DNA of 56,847 nucleotides, taken from the IMG/VR virus record IMGVR_UViG_3300042879_003989, positions 1 to 56,847 of that record. One strand, given 5' to 3'. The DNA comes from a virus (Duplodnaviria; Caudoviricetes). Under the pieces are notes generated by a model that had not been told where the DNA came from, made no database searches, and worked only from the letters and a program-made list of their open reading frames with translations. Both the position numbers and the translations under genes were made by a program. Numbering within the stretch: the stretch's first letter is position 1; every line of letters starts with the position of its first letter. Shown one piece after another: positions 35,825 through 44,929 of this stretch.

Positions 35825-36379
35825 ATGGCAACCCCTGCTTCCTCCCCCGCCGGCCGCCTGATGCTGCGCAACGTGCGCCTGGCCTTCCCGTCCCTGTTCG
35901 AGCCCTCCAGCTACGGCGAGGGTGAGCCCGCCTACAGCGCCACGCTGATCATGGACCCGCAGCAGGCCGAGGTCGTCGACAAGGCCCTGGCCGCCGTCGC
36001 CCGCGAGAAGTGGGGCGCCAAGGGCGACGCCCAGCTCAAGGCCCTGCGCGCCACCGGCAAGGTCTGCCTGCGCGACGGCGACGAGAAGCCCGACTACGAC
36101 GGGTTCGCCGGCATGATGTTCGTGGCCGCCCGCTCGAAGACCCGGCCCACGGTCGTCGACGGCCAGCGCCAGCCCATCACCGAGCGCGACGGGCGCATCT
36201 ACGCCGGCTGCTACGTCAACGCCAGCGTCGAGGTCTGGGCCCAGGACAACGCCTACGGCAAGCGCGTCAACGCCACGCTGCGCGGCATCCAGTTCGTGCG
36301 CGACGGCGAGGCCTTCGGCGGTGGCCGCCCGGCCGCGGCCGACGAGTTCGACGAGCTCGAGGAATCCGAACTGGTCTGA
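35825..36379 (+). CDS. DUF2815 single-stranded DNA-binding protein
   Basis: NVRLAFP.LF, LRDGD, IYAGCYVN, QF.RDGE.F, acidic tail. Confidence 0.9.
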   Translation: MATPASSPAGRLMLRNVRLAFPSLFEPSSYGEGEPAYSATLIMDPQQAEVVDKALAAVAREKWGAKGDAQLKALRATGKVCLRDGDEKPDYDGFAGMMFVAARSKTRPTVVDGQRQPITERDGRIYAGCYVNASVEVWAQDNAYGKRVNATLRGIQFVRDGEAFGGGRPAAADEFDELEESELV

Positions 36380-36386
36380 CAGTCAC

Positions 36387-36584
36387 GGGGCGGCGCCTCT
36401 GGGAGTACCCGGGGGAGATCCCGCCGCCCCACCACACACGCGGGTCGCACCTATACCTCCTCCCCTCGGCTGGCCCCCGAAGGACCACGCCCCGGCATCG
36501 GCGCCGCTCCTACCCGCCGCAGTTCACAGGAGCGGCGCCTAGCACGGCGCGGTGCGACGCAAGCTGATAGCGCCGATGCCGGGG
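36387..36584 (+). other. Highly structured intergenic region upstream of the DNA polymerase
   Basis: Perfect inverted repeats of 9, 12 and 15 bp. Confidence 0.6.
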
Positions 36585-36603
36585 AATCGGGCCACGGAAC
36601 ACC

Positions 36604-38397
36604 ATGAGCAAGCCCGTCGTCATCTTCGACACCGAGGTCTTCCGGGACTACTTCCTGGCCTCGTTCCTGGACCATGCCACGGGCGCGGTGCTGGAGATCG
36701 AGACGCACCCGGACCAGCCGCTCGACGTCGACGCGCTCAAGGCCGCGATGCGCGGCAAGACGCTGGTCGGGTTCAACAGCGCCAACTTCGACCTGCCGGT
36801 GCTCGCGGTGGCGCTGGCCACGGGTGACACCGAGCGCATCCACAAGGCCGCCCAGGCCATCATCGGCCGCGGCTACAAGGGCTGGCAGTTCGAGCAGGCC
36901 TGGGGCATCCGGCTGCCGCGCGTGGACCACATCGACCTGATCGAGGTCGCGCCGGGCATTGCCGGCCTCAAGACCTACGGCGGCCGGCTGCACTGCCGGC
37001 GCCTGCAGGACCTGCCGCACGATCCGCAGGCGAGCATCAGCCCTGCCGACCGCGCCCGCCTGAGAGAGTATTGTCGGAACGACCTCGGCCTCACGGATAC
37101 GCTGTACCGGCGCCTGCTGCCGCAGATCGAGCTGCGCGAGAGGATGTCGGCCGAGTACGACCTGGACCTGCGCAGCAAGAGCGACGCGCAGATCGCCGAG
37201 GCGGTGCTTGCGCACCAGGTCACGCTGCTCACAGGCAAGCCCATCGTGCGCCAGGCCATCGAGCCCGGCACCAGCTACCACTACCGCGCCCCGCGCTGGG
37301 TGCAGTTCCGATCGCTGGAGCTCGTGGACAAGCTCGCCGCCATTGAGGCTGCCGACTTCGTCGTGCAGGACAGCGGCGGCGTGGCCGAGCCCGAGGCCCT
37401 GGCCGGGCAGGAGGTGACGATCGGCGCCGGCGTCTACCGGCTGGGCATCGGCGGCCTGCACTCGAGCGAGACGGCCCAGGCGGTGGAGGCCGACGAGGAG
37501 CACGTGCTCGTCGACCGCGACGTCGCGAGCTACTACCCGTCGATCATCCTGCGCCTGGGCCTGGCGCCGCGCGCCATGGGCCCAGCGTTCCTGACGGCCT
37601 ACAAGACGATCGTCGAGCGGCGCCTGGCGGCCAAGGCTGCGGGCGACAAGGTCACCGCCGACGCGCTCAAGATCACGATCAACGGCAGCTTCGGCAAGCT
37701 CGGCAGCAAGTGGAGCAAGCTCTACTCGCCCGACCTGCTGATCCAGACCACCGTCACGGGCCAGCTCGCGCTGCTGATGCTGATCGAGGATCTCGAGGCC
37801 GAGGGCATCCGGGTCGTGAGCGCCAACACCGACGGCATCGTGATCCGCGCGCACCGCGGTGACCTGGGCGTGATGGGCGAGACGATTCGCCGCTGGGAGA
37901 AGCGCACCGGGTTCGAGACCGAGGAGTCGCCCTACCGTGCCATCTACAGCCGCGACGTCAACAACTACATCGCGCTCAAGCCCGACGGCGGCGTGAAGCT
38001 CAAGGGCGCCTACGCGCAGGAGTCGCTTGCCAAGAACCCGACCAACGCCGTGGCCATCGAGGCCGCGGTGCGCTGGCTGCGTGACGGCACGCCCGTCGAC
38101 GAGACGATCCGAGCCTGCACCGACGTGAGGAAGCTCGTCACCGTGCGCACTGTCAAGGGCGGCGCCGTCGACCAGGGCGGCCAGTACCTGGGCAAGACCG
38201 TGCGCTGGTACTACGCGCGCGGCGTCGAGGGCTCGCTGTTTTACCGGCTCAACGGCTACACCGTGCCGCGCAGCAAGGGCGCGAGGCCGCTGATGGAGCT
38301 GCCGGTCGACGTGCCCGCCGACGTCGACCACGACTGGTACGAGCGCGAGGCGCTGCAGATCCTGGCCGACGTGGGGGCAGCCGGTGCGCTGATATAG
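36604..38397 (+). CDS. Family B DNA polymerase with 3'-5' exonuclease
   Basis: FDTE, GFN...FD, YC.ND; DVASYYP, K...NG.FG, NTDG. Confidence 0.9.
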   Translation: MSKPVVIFDTEVFRDYFLASFLDHATGAVLEIETHPDQPLDVDALKAAMRGKTLVGFNSANFDLPVLAVALATGDTERIHKAAQAIIGRGYKGWQFEQAWGIRLPRVDHIDLIEVAPGIAGLKTYGGRLHCRRLQDLPHDPQASISPADRARLREYCRNDLGLTDTLYRRLLPQIELRERMSAEYDLDLRSKSDAQIAEAVLAHQVTLLTGKPIVRQAIEPGTSYHYRAPRWVQFRSLELVDKLAAIEAADFVVQDSGGVAEPEALAGQEVTIGAGVYRLGIGGLHSSETAQAVEADEEHVLVDRDVASYYPSIILRLGLAPRAMGPAFLTAYKTIVERRLAAKAAGDKVTADALKITINGSFGKLGSKWSKLYSPDLLIQTTVTGQLALLMLIEDLEAEGIRVVSANTDGIVIRAHRGDLGVMGETIRRWEKRTGFETEESPYRAIYSRDVNNYIALKPDGGVKLKGAYAQESLAKNPTNAVAIEAAVRWLRDGTPVDETIRACTDVRKLVTVRTVKGGAVDQGGQYLGKTVRWYYARGVEGSLFYRLNGYTVPRSKGARPLMELPVDVPADVDHDWYEREALQILADVGAAGALI

Positions 38398-38406
38398 GGT
38401 TTTCCC

Positions 38407-38435
38407 TTGCTGTATGCTTTAGCGTTTGCTACACA
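38407..38435 (+). promoter_or_regulatory. Early promoter/operator 3
   Basis: TTGCTG-17-TACACA with TTTAGCG-TT-TGCTACA (38418-38433). Confidence 0.75.
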
Positions 38436-38443
38436 ATCGCACC

Positions 38444-38590
38444 ATGGATGCTAAACCCCTGCCGACCAGGAACTGGCCGTTCCCGCTCAAGCCGCTGGAC
38501 TACCCGTGCCTGCCGCCCGCGATGCGGCCGGTGCGCGCAGCTCCGCAGCGCAAGCGCAACGTCCAGGACCTGCCGCCGGCGCTCTTCTGA
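38444..38590 (+). CDS. 48-aa Pro-rich protein, probably leaderless
   Basis: MDAKPLPTRNWPFP...; ATG directly after the promoter. Confidence 0.55.
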   Translation: MDAKPLPTRNWPFPLKPLDYPCLPPAMRPVRAAPQRKRNVQDLPPALF

Positions 38591-38599
38591 AAGGCCCCC

Positions 38600-38794
38600 G
38601 TGAACCAGCTCCCGCACTACCGCCAGATCATCCACGGCCGCACGCACGCCCGCTCGTGGAGCGCCTGCGAGATGGACCCGATCGACCGCCCGGATCGCAT
38701 GCAGCGCCTGCACGACGTGGCGCGCCATGCCGAGCGCGCCATGCTGGTCGTCGCCGGCGTGTTCATCGCCCTGCTCTGCAAAGGGGTGGTGTGA
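38600..38794 (+). CDS. Small membrane protein
   Basis: C-terminal TM helix; coupled to the next gene. Confidence 0.6.
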   Translation: MNQLPHYRQIIHGRTHARSWSACEMDPIDRPDRMQRLHDVARHAERAMLVVAGVFIALLCKGVV

Positions 38795-39018
38795 TGGAGC
38801 GCCACTACCCCGACGGCACCGAGCCCGACGTGCTGCCGCACTGGAGCTGCCACGGGCCGTGCCAGCAGGGCCGCCTGCGCTGCCCCACACCCGAGGCCTG
38901 CGAGCTGCCGCCCGAGCAAGACATGGTGCGCGTGGTGCTGGGCGACCTGGTCGTGTCGATCCTGTTGCTGCTGGCCGTGGCCGCTGCGGCTCTCGTGCTC
39001 GTGGAGTTGATCCTGTGA
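38794..39018 (+). CDS. Small Cys-rich membrane protein
   Basis: C...CQQGR..CP...C plus TM helix. Confidence 0.65.
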   Translation: MERHYPDGTEPDVLPHWSCHGPCQQGRLRCPTPEACELPPEQDMVRVVLGDLVVSILLLLAVAAAALVLVELIL

Positions 39019-39281
39019 GGGAGCGCACCGTCGAGGCGCACCTCAAGCGCCGCGTGCGCGAGCTCGGCGGCGAGATCCGCAAGGCCGAGTGGATCGGCCG
39101 CACGGGCGCGCCCGACCGGCGCGTGATGCTGCCAGGGCGGGCGCCGGTGTGGGTCGAGCTCAAGGCCACGGGCGTCGCACCCGAGCCGCACCAGATCCGC
39201 GAGCACAACCGCATGCGCCGCCTGGGCGAGCTGGTGCTGGTGCTCGACAGCATCGAGGCCGTCGAGGAGTTTCTGAGATGA
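39015..39281 (+). CDS. VRR-NUC nuclease
   Basis: E..VE..L...V...GG, G.PDR, VELK, Q...H. Confidence 0.9.
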   Translation: MRERTVEAHLKRRVRELGGEIRKAEWIGRTGAPDRRVMLPGRAPVWVELKATGVAPEPHQIREHNRMRRLGELVLVLDSIEAVEEFLR

Positions 39282-39496
39282 GCACCAACGACATCCTGCG
39301 CCGCCTCCAGGGCGAGCTCGCCCTGGTCGAGAGCGGCCGGGCCGCCGAGCGCGAGCGCTGCGCACGCCTGGCCGAGGTCTACGGGCAACGACACCTCGCG
39401 CAGATCATCCGCACGCCGGCCTGCCCGCACTGCTTCGGCATCGGCTACGACGCGAGCGGCCAGCTCTGCGCGTGCCAGGAAAACCCGAGCTTCTAA
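39278..39496 (+). CDS. Small zinc-finger protein
   Basis: ERERCA; CPHC.G.G......CAC. Confidence 0.65.
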   Translation: MSTNDILRRLQGELALVESGRAAERERCARLAEVYGQRHLAQIIRTPACPHCFGIGYDASGQLCACQENPSF

Positions 39497-39687
39497 TGCT
39501 GTGCCCGCACTGCCAAACCTGGACCGACGTGCTTGCATCGCGCAAGGGCCGGCGCACCCGCGAGTGCGCCAACGGTCATCGGTTCAACACCGTCGAGATC
39601 ACGGCCGGGATGGCCGAGTTTCTGCAACTGCAGGCTCGGCTCAACAAGGCCCGGCGCGTGCTGCGCATCAAGGGCTACCTGCGATGA
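39496..39687 (+). CDS. Zn-ribbon protein (NrdR N-terminal-like)
   Basis: CPHC....VL.SR....R.RECANGHRF.T.E. Confidence 0.7.
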   Translation: MLCPHCQTWTDVLASRKGRRTRECANGHRFNTVEITAGMAEFLQLQARLNKARRVLRIKGYLR

Positions 39688-41075
39688 GCAAGGCCTTCCA
39701 GCCGCGCGACTACCAGCGCGCCGTCATCGAGCACATCGTCGAGCACGAGCGCGCGAACGTCTGGGCGGGGATGGGCTGCGGAAAAACGGTGGCCACGCTC
39801 ACCGCGCTCGACGCGCTGACCCTGATCGACGATCCCTTCCCGGCGTTGGTGCTGGCGCCGCTGCGCGTGGCCTTGAGCACCTGGCCCGACGAGGTGCGCA
39901 AGTGGGCCCACCTGCACCATGTGCACGTCGAGGTGGCCGCGGGCGGCGTGGCCCCGATGCGCGAGGCGCTGCGCCACAAGGGCGCCGACATCGTGACCTT
40001 GAACTACGACAACGCCGCCGCGCTGGTCGAGCACTGCGGCGAGCGCTGGCCGTTCAAAACCGTGATCGCCGACGAGAGCACCCGGCTCAAGTCCTTCAGG
40101 CTGCGTCAAGGTGGCGTGCGCGCGCAGGCGCTGGGCAAGGTCGCGCACAAGCAGGTGCGCCGTTGGGTCAACCTCACCGGCACGCCCGCGCCCAACGGCC
40201 TGCGCGACCTCTGGGGCCAGGCCTGGTTCCTCGACGCCGGGCAACGCCTGGGGCGCACGTTCAACGCGTTCGAGAACCGCTGGTTCCAGGCCAAGCAGGT
40301 CGGCTCCAGCCGCTTCGCGCGCCAGCTCGTGCCGCTGGCCCACGCCCAGGCCGAGATCGAGGAGCGGCTGCGCGACCTCACGATCACCGTGCGCGCGGGC
40401 GACTTCCTGGACCTGCCGCCGCTGGTGGAAAACGTGATCGAGGTGGAGCTGCCGCCCACCGCGCGGCGCCACTACCGAGAGCTTGAGCGCGAGATGTTCA
40501 CGGTGCTGGCCGGTGGCACCGAGGTCGAGGCGTTCAGCGCCGCGGCCAAGACCATGAAGTGCCTGCAGGCCGCCAATGGCGCGCTGTACGTCGACGACCA
40601 GGGAACATGGAAGGAGCTGCACGATGCCAAGATTGACGCCCTTGCGTCGGTGGTCGAGGAAGCTGCCGGCACGCCCGTGCTGGTGGCCTATCACTTCAAG
40701 AGTGACCTCGCCCGACTACAGCGCGCGTTCCCTCAAGCTCGGACGCTGGATGCTGACCCTGGAACGATCCAGGCGTGGAACCTGGGCCGGATACCACTGC
40801 TACTCGCTCACCCTGCAAGCGCTGGCCACGGCCTCAACCTGCAGGACGGCGGGAACATCATCGTGTTCTTCGGGCTCAACTGGAACCTCGAGGAGCACGA
40901 GCAGATCATCGAGCGCATAGGGCCCACGCGCCAAGCGCAGGCCGGGCACAACCGCGCGGTGTACGTGCACCGCATCGTGGCGCGCGACACCGTCGACGAG
41001 CTCGTGCTGCTGCGACTGCAATCGAAGGCCTCTGTGCAGAGCGTGCTGCTCGAGGCGATGAAAGGGAAGACATGA
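39684..41075 (+). CDS. SNF2-family helicase
   Basis: MGCGKT, DES, LTGTP, GHGLNLQ, Q...R. Confidence 0.92.
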   Translation: MSKAFQPRDYQRAVIEHIVEHERANVWAGMGCGKTVATLTALDALTLIDDPFPALVLAPLRVALSTWPDEVRKWAHLHHVHVEVAAGGVAPMREALRHKGADIVTLNYDNAAALVEHCGERWPFKTVIADESTRLKSFRLRQGGVRAQALGKVAHKQVRRWVNLTGTPAPNGLRDLWGQAWFLDAGQRLGRTFNAFENRWFQAKQVGSSRFARQLVPLAHAQAEIEERLRDLTITVRAGDFLDLPPLVENVIEVELPPTARRHYRELEREMFTVLAGGTEVEAFSAAAKTMKCLQAANGALYVDDQGTWKELHDAKIDALASVVEEAAGTPVLVAYHFKSDLARLQRAFPQARTLDADPGTIQAWNLGRIPLLLAHPASAGHGLNLQDGGNIIVFFGLNWNLEEHEQIIERIGPTRQAQAGHNRAVYVHRIVARDTVDELVLLRLQSKASVQSVLLEAMKGKT

Positions 41076-41926
41076 CCAGACCTCTTGTGATCTACCACGG
41101 CAACTGTGCCGACGGCTTCAGCGCCGCGTGGTGTTTCTGGCGCAAGTACGGCACCGGCGCCGACTACCACGCCGGGGTGTACCAGCAGGATCCACCCGAC
41201 GTTACCGGGCGCGATGTGTACCTCGTGGACTTCAGCTACAAGCGCCCGGTCGTCGAGCAGATGCTGGTGGCGGCCAACAGCGTGACGCTGATCGACCATC
41301 ACAAGACGGCCATCGAAGACCTGCAGCCGCTGTTCATGCAGGACTCTTGGACGGGCGAACCGAAGCAGTTGGCGCACTTCACCGACCTGAACAAGAGCGG
41401 CGCCACGCTGGCCTGGGACTACCTGTTCCCCGGCGAGGATCGGCCCCTGCTGCTAGGCCACATCGAAGACCGGGATCTATGGCGCTTCAAGCTACCGGGC
41501 ACGCGCGAGATCCAGGCCAACGTCTTCAGCTTCGAGTACACGTTCGACAACTGGGACCGACTGATGAGCGCCGACCAGGTCGAGCTGCTGCAGATGACCG
41601 CGGCCGGCGCCGCCATCGAGCGCAAGCACCACAAAGACATCGCCGAGCTGGTCGGCGTGTGCAAGCGTCGGATGGTGATCGGCGGCCACGACGTACCGGT
41701 AGCGAGCCTGCCCTACACACTGGTGAGCGATGCCGCGCACTTGATGGCTCAGGGTGAGCCGTTCGCGGCCTGCTACTGGGACACCTCCGAGGGGCGAGTT
41801 TTTGGCCTGCGTGCGACCGACACAGGCTTGGACGTGTCCGAGGTGGCGAAACAGTACGGCGGCGGTGGGCACGCCAAGGCTGCGGGGTTCAAGGTGCCGC
41901 GCGATCACGCGCTGGCTGCAGCGTAA
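41072..41926 (+). CDS. DHH/DHHA1 phosphoesterase
   Basis: YH.NC.DG, VDFS, IDHH, D.DLW, GGGGH..AAGF. Confidence 0.9.
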   Translation: MTRPLVIYHGNCADGFSAAWCFWRKYGTGADYHAGVYQQDPPDVTGRDVYLVDFSYKRPVVEQMLVAANSVTLIDHHKTAIEDLQPLFMQDSWTGEPKQLAHFTDLNKSGATLAWDYLFPGEDRPLLLGHIEDRDLWRFKLPGTREIQANVFSFEYTFDNWDRLMSADQVELLQMTAAGAAIERKHHKDIAELVGVCKRRMVIGGHDVPVASLPYTLVSDAAHLMAQGEPFAACYWDTSEGRVFGLRATDTGLDVSEVAKQYGGGGHAKAAGFKVPRDHALAAA

Positions 41927-41935
41927 AGGAACGCG

Positions 41936-42166
41936 ATGAGCGCACTGAGCAACCAGGTGGCCGGAGGCCACTACAAGACTCTGACGATCCAGCCGGTGGA
42001 GTACATCCACGCCAACGGCATCGGCTACTTCGAGGGCAACGTGATCAAGTACGTCACGCGCTGGCGCGCCAAGGGCGGCACCGCCGACCTGGAGAAGGCC
42101 AAGCACTACATCGACCTGCTCATTGAACTCGAGAGGCGTCGGGCCGCGGCCGACGACGGCAAGTGA
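41936..42166 (+). CDS. DUF3310 protein (T7 gp1.7-like nucleotide kinase family)
   Basis: QV.G.HY, GNVIKY..R...K.G..DL.KA.HY. Confidence 0.88.
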   Translation: MSALSNQVAGGHYKTLTIQPVEYIHANGIGYFEGNVIKYVTRWRAKGGTADLEKAKHYIDLLIELERRRAAADDGK

Positions 42167-42339
42167 AGTTCCTCGCCGAGCTGCCACCAGGCTGGGACGA
42201 GCGCACGCGGCTGGCGCTGACCGACGGCAACCGCGTCGTCGCCACGCACCCCGAGCATCCGCCCATGGTGCTGCAGCCCGACGGCCAGTGGCTTGTGCTT
42301 TCGCCAGCACACGAGGTGCCCCGTGCTGTTCCTCACTGA
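42163..42339 (+). CDS. Hypothetical protein (58 aa)
   Basis: GTGA overlap; MKFLAELPPGWDERT... Confidence 0.55.
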   Translation: MKFLAELPPGWDERTRLALTDGNRVVATHPEHPPMVLQPDGQWLVLSPAHEVPRAVPH

Positions 42340-42535
42340 CGACGAGGTCGTCGAGCTCACGGGCTACCGGCAGCGGCGCAAGCAGGTGGAGATGCTCAAG
42401 CGCCAGCGTGTACCCTTCCACCTCAACGCTGCCGGCCAGCCAAAGGTGGCGCGCGCGGTGCTGGAGGGCTCCAGGAGCGATCGCAACGGGCCGGTCAAGG
42501 GGTGGACACCATCATGGGCAGACACCGCACGGTGA
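42323..42535 (+). CDS. DUF4224 excisionase-like protein
   Basis: FLT..E..ELTG......Q...L....PF..N..G.P.V.R; overlaps the integrase start. Confidence 0.8.
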   Translation: MLFLTDDEVVELTGYRQRRKQVEMLKRQRVPFHLNAAGQPKVARAVLEGSRSDRNGPVKGWTPSWADTAR

Positions 42536-43554
42536 ACCGCAACCTGCCCCCGCGCATGCGCGCGCGGGTGCGGGGCAGCGTCACGTACTACACCTACGAC
42601 GCCGGCGGCCGGCCGCGGCGCGAGATCAGCCTGGGCACCGACTTCGTCCTGGCCGTGCAGCGCTGGGCCGAGCTGCACGAGGCGCCGCCCACCACGCTCA
42701 TCACCGTGGGCTGGGCGATCGGCCAGTACCTCACCAGCCCGCAGTTCGCCGAGGTCAGCGCCGGCACCCAGGCCGACTACCGCTTCGCGCTCGACAAGCT
42801 CATGCGCGCGTTCGCCGACGCGCCGCTGGACCAGGTCAAGCCCAGCCACGTGCAGCTCTACATCGACAAGCGCTCGAAGGAGTCACGGCACCGCGCGCTG
42901 CGCGAGAAGTCGGTGCTGTCGATGATCTACGGCTGGGCCATGGCGCGCGACTTCTGCACCGCCAACCCGGTGGCGGCGATCAAGACCAAGCGCCTGCCCG
43001 GGCGCAAGGCGGTCTACATCGAGGACGACGTGCTCGAGGCCGTCTACGCGGCCGGCAGCGCCGCGCTGCGCGATGCCCTGGACCTCGCCTACCTCACGGG
43101 CCAGCGCCCCGCCGATGTGCTCAGGATGCGCGAGACCGACATCCGCGACGGGCACCTGACGTTCCGCCAGGAGAAGACCGGCCAGCCGATGCGCATCGAG
43201 GTGGCCGGCGAGCTCAAGGCCCTGGTCGAGCGCATGCTCGATCGCAAGCGCCGCTTCGCCGTGCGCAGCCTGGCGCTGCTGGTCGACGAGCACGGCGAGC
43301 CCATGAGCAAGGCCAAGCTGCGCAGCCGCTTCGAGGCCGCGCGCACGGCCGTGGGCGACGCCGCGGCGAACTTCCAGTTCAGGGACCTGCGGCGCAAGGC
43401 CGCGGCCGATCTGCGCGACCAGGCCGGCATCGAGGCGAGCCAGGCGCTGCTGGGTCACGCGAGCGTCGTGATGACCGAGCACTACGCGGCCGGAAAGGGC
43501 CGGAAAATTTCCGCAATCCCTCGGAAACCCAATGTTTTCAAGGGGTCGAAATGA
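42514..43554 (+). CDS. int: Tyrosine integrase
   Basis: TGQR, QEKT, FRDLR, LLGH, T.HY; abuts the att site. Confidence 0.93.
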   Translation: MGRHRTVNRNLPPRMRARVRGSVTYYTYDAGGRPRREISLGTDFVLAVQRWAELHEAPPTTLITVGWAIGQYLTSPQFAEVSAGTQADYRFALDKLMRAFADAPLDQVKPSHVQLYIDKRSKESRHRALREKSVLSMIYGWAMARDFCTANPVAAIKTKRLPGRKAVYIEDDVLEAVYAAGSAALRDALDLAYLTGQRPADVLRMRETDIRDGHLTFRQEKTGQPMRIEVAGELKALVERMLDRKRRFAVRSLALLVDEHGEPMSKAKLRSRFEAARTAVGDAAANFQFRDLRRKAAADLRDQAGIEASQALLGHASVVMTEHYAAGKGRKISAIPRKPNVFKGSK

Positions 43555-43747
43555 GCTTTTTGCGGAACGAAAACTGACGCAAGCCGTTGATTCTGAACGC
43601 TTTCCCAGTAGATTCAGGTACTAGCGGGTAACTCCGTGGAGGTTCGAGTCCTCTCCTGGGCACCATTGATTTTGCTGGGGATTTTCGAGAGCGCAGACTA
43701 ACATACGCGCACTCTGATTTCCGCAAAACGCACTTTTTTCCGCAAAA
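43508..43747. repeat. Putative integrase arm-type sites TTCCGCAA(AA) and IHF box
   Basis: Copies at 43508-16, 43557-67 (inverted), 43718-28 and 43737-47; AATCAACGGCTTG (minus, 43580-92) matches WATCAANNNNTTR. Confidence 0.7.
43613..43665 (+). pseudogene. 3' half of tRNA-Leu(CAG), the att core
   Basis: Starts at anticodon loop TTCAGGT, long variable arm, GGTTCGAGTCC, ends GGGCACCA; no 5' half. Confidence 0.92.
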
Positions 43748-43757
43748 GCACTCACGC

Positions 43758-44912
43758 TCAGGTCTCGATCACCGTGCCGCTGCCCGAGTCGCTGGTGCCC
43801 GTGGTGCAGCTTACGTAGACGTTGCGACCGATGATCGCGCCCGGCACGTTGGCCACGATCCGCACGCCCACCGACTCGTTCGACACCCGGTTGAAGCGCA
43901 CGATCGCGCCGGTGTTGTTGGCGCCACCCCCCAGCACAATGCCGTGGTTCGATCCCGCCGCCTGGTCGTTGTCGTCGACGTCGTTGTCCTGCACCCAGGT
44001 GCGCGCCACCGCCCCCGTGCCGGCGTAGGTCACGCCGATGCCGTGCAGGTTGTTCTTGCGGGTCACGTTGCCGAGCACGCGGTTGCGGTCGAGGGTGTCC
44101 CCGGCCGTGCCGGTGTAGACCAGGATGCCGTTGCCCGTGTTGCTGTAGGTGTGGTTGCCGACCACCTCAGTGCGGTTGGCGCCGACCGTCACGTAGACGC
44201 CCTCGCCGCCGTTGCTGAAACTGTGGTTGCCGCGCACCAGGGTGTCGTCGGCGTAGCTCACCTTGATGCCGTCGACCAGGTTGCCCGACACCCAGTTGTC
44301 GAGCACCTTGACCCCGAGCACCGCGTTGCCGCTGCTGCCGGCCACGTAGATGCCGTGCTCGTTCACCGCGCCCGTGATGCGGTTGCCGCGCACCTCGGCG
44401 AAGTCGGCGTCGGTCTGCACGTTCACGCCCCAGCCGTAGGGGTTGACGATCACGTTGTCGAGCACCTTGCAGTCGGTCGAGTTGTTGAGCTGCACCGCCG
44501 ACTGGAAGCCGGTGACGTGGCAGCGCATCACCCGGCAGCGGTGGCTCGAGCTCTTGGCGCTGACGAAGCGCGCCGTGGCGCTGCCGTAGGCCACGCCCAG
44601 CGTGCCCGACTCCGCGCGCAGGCCTTCGATCGTGACGTCGGTCTTGCCGACCAGGTCGAAGGCGTTGAAGTTGAAGCCGTTGGCGGTGGTGATCCGGCCG
44701 CCGCCGTACCAGCGCTGGCCGGTGCGCGGCGTGATGCTTGCCGTGATGCGGTAGGTCTTGGCCGGATTCAGGAACACCTGGCCCCAGTCGCCGGCGGCGG
44801 TGGCCGCGGCGTTGATTGCGGCGGTGTCGTCTGCCGTGTTGTTGCCCAGAGCGCCGAAGGTCTCCGGGGTGACGAAGGCGCCGATCATCGAAGCGGGTAC
44901 GGTGGTGGTCAT
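43758..44912 (-). CDS. Anchor-less beta-helix tailspike-like protein (prophage 2)
   Basis: MTTTVPASMI..., FGA.G....DDT.AIN.A, GN/NG beta-helix repeats. Confidence 0.85.
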   Translation of the reverse strand: MTTTVPASMIGAFVTPETFGALGNNTADDTAAINAAATAAGDWGQVFLNPAKTYRITASITPRTGQRWYGGGRITTANGFNFNAFDLVGKTDVTIEGLRAESGTLGVAYGSATARFVSAKSSSHRCRVMRCHVTGFQSAVQLNNSTDCKVLDNVIVNPYGWGVNVQTDADFAEVRGNRITGAVNEHGIYVAGSSGNAVLGVKVLDNWVSGNLVDGIKVSYADDTLVRGNHSFSNGGEGVYVTVGANRTEVVGNHTYSNTGNGILVYTGTAGDTLDRNRVLGNVTRKNNLHGIGVTYAGTGAVARTWVQDNDVDDNDQAAGSNHGIVLGGGANNTGAIVRFNRVSNESVGVRIVANVPGAIIGRNVYVSCTTGTSDSGSGTVIET

Positions 44913-44929
44913 CCTTGACCTTTCAGGGG

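Larger units (their letters stand above)
1..43665. mobile_element. Prophage 1, temperate BPP-1/T7-like podophage (left end outside window)
   Basis: Full set of terminase, portal, capsid, podovirus tail, lysis, replication, immunity and integrase genes, ending at a tRNA 3' fragment. Confidence 0.95.

Noticed and set aside
43580-43665. Functional tRNA-Leu
   Set aside because: No acceptor 5' strand or D-arm, and the anticodon stem does not pair
43538-43726. 62-aa ORF across att
   Set aside because: Antisense translation of the tRNA fragment
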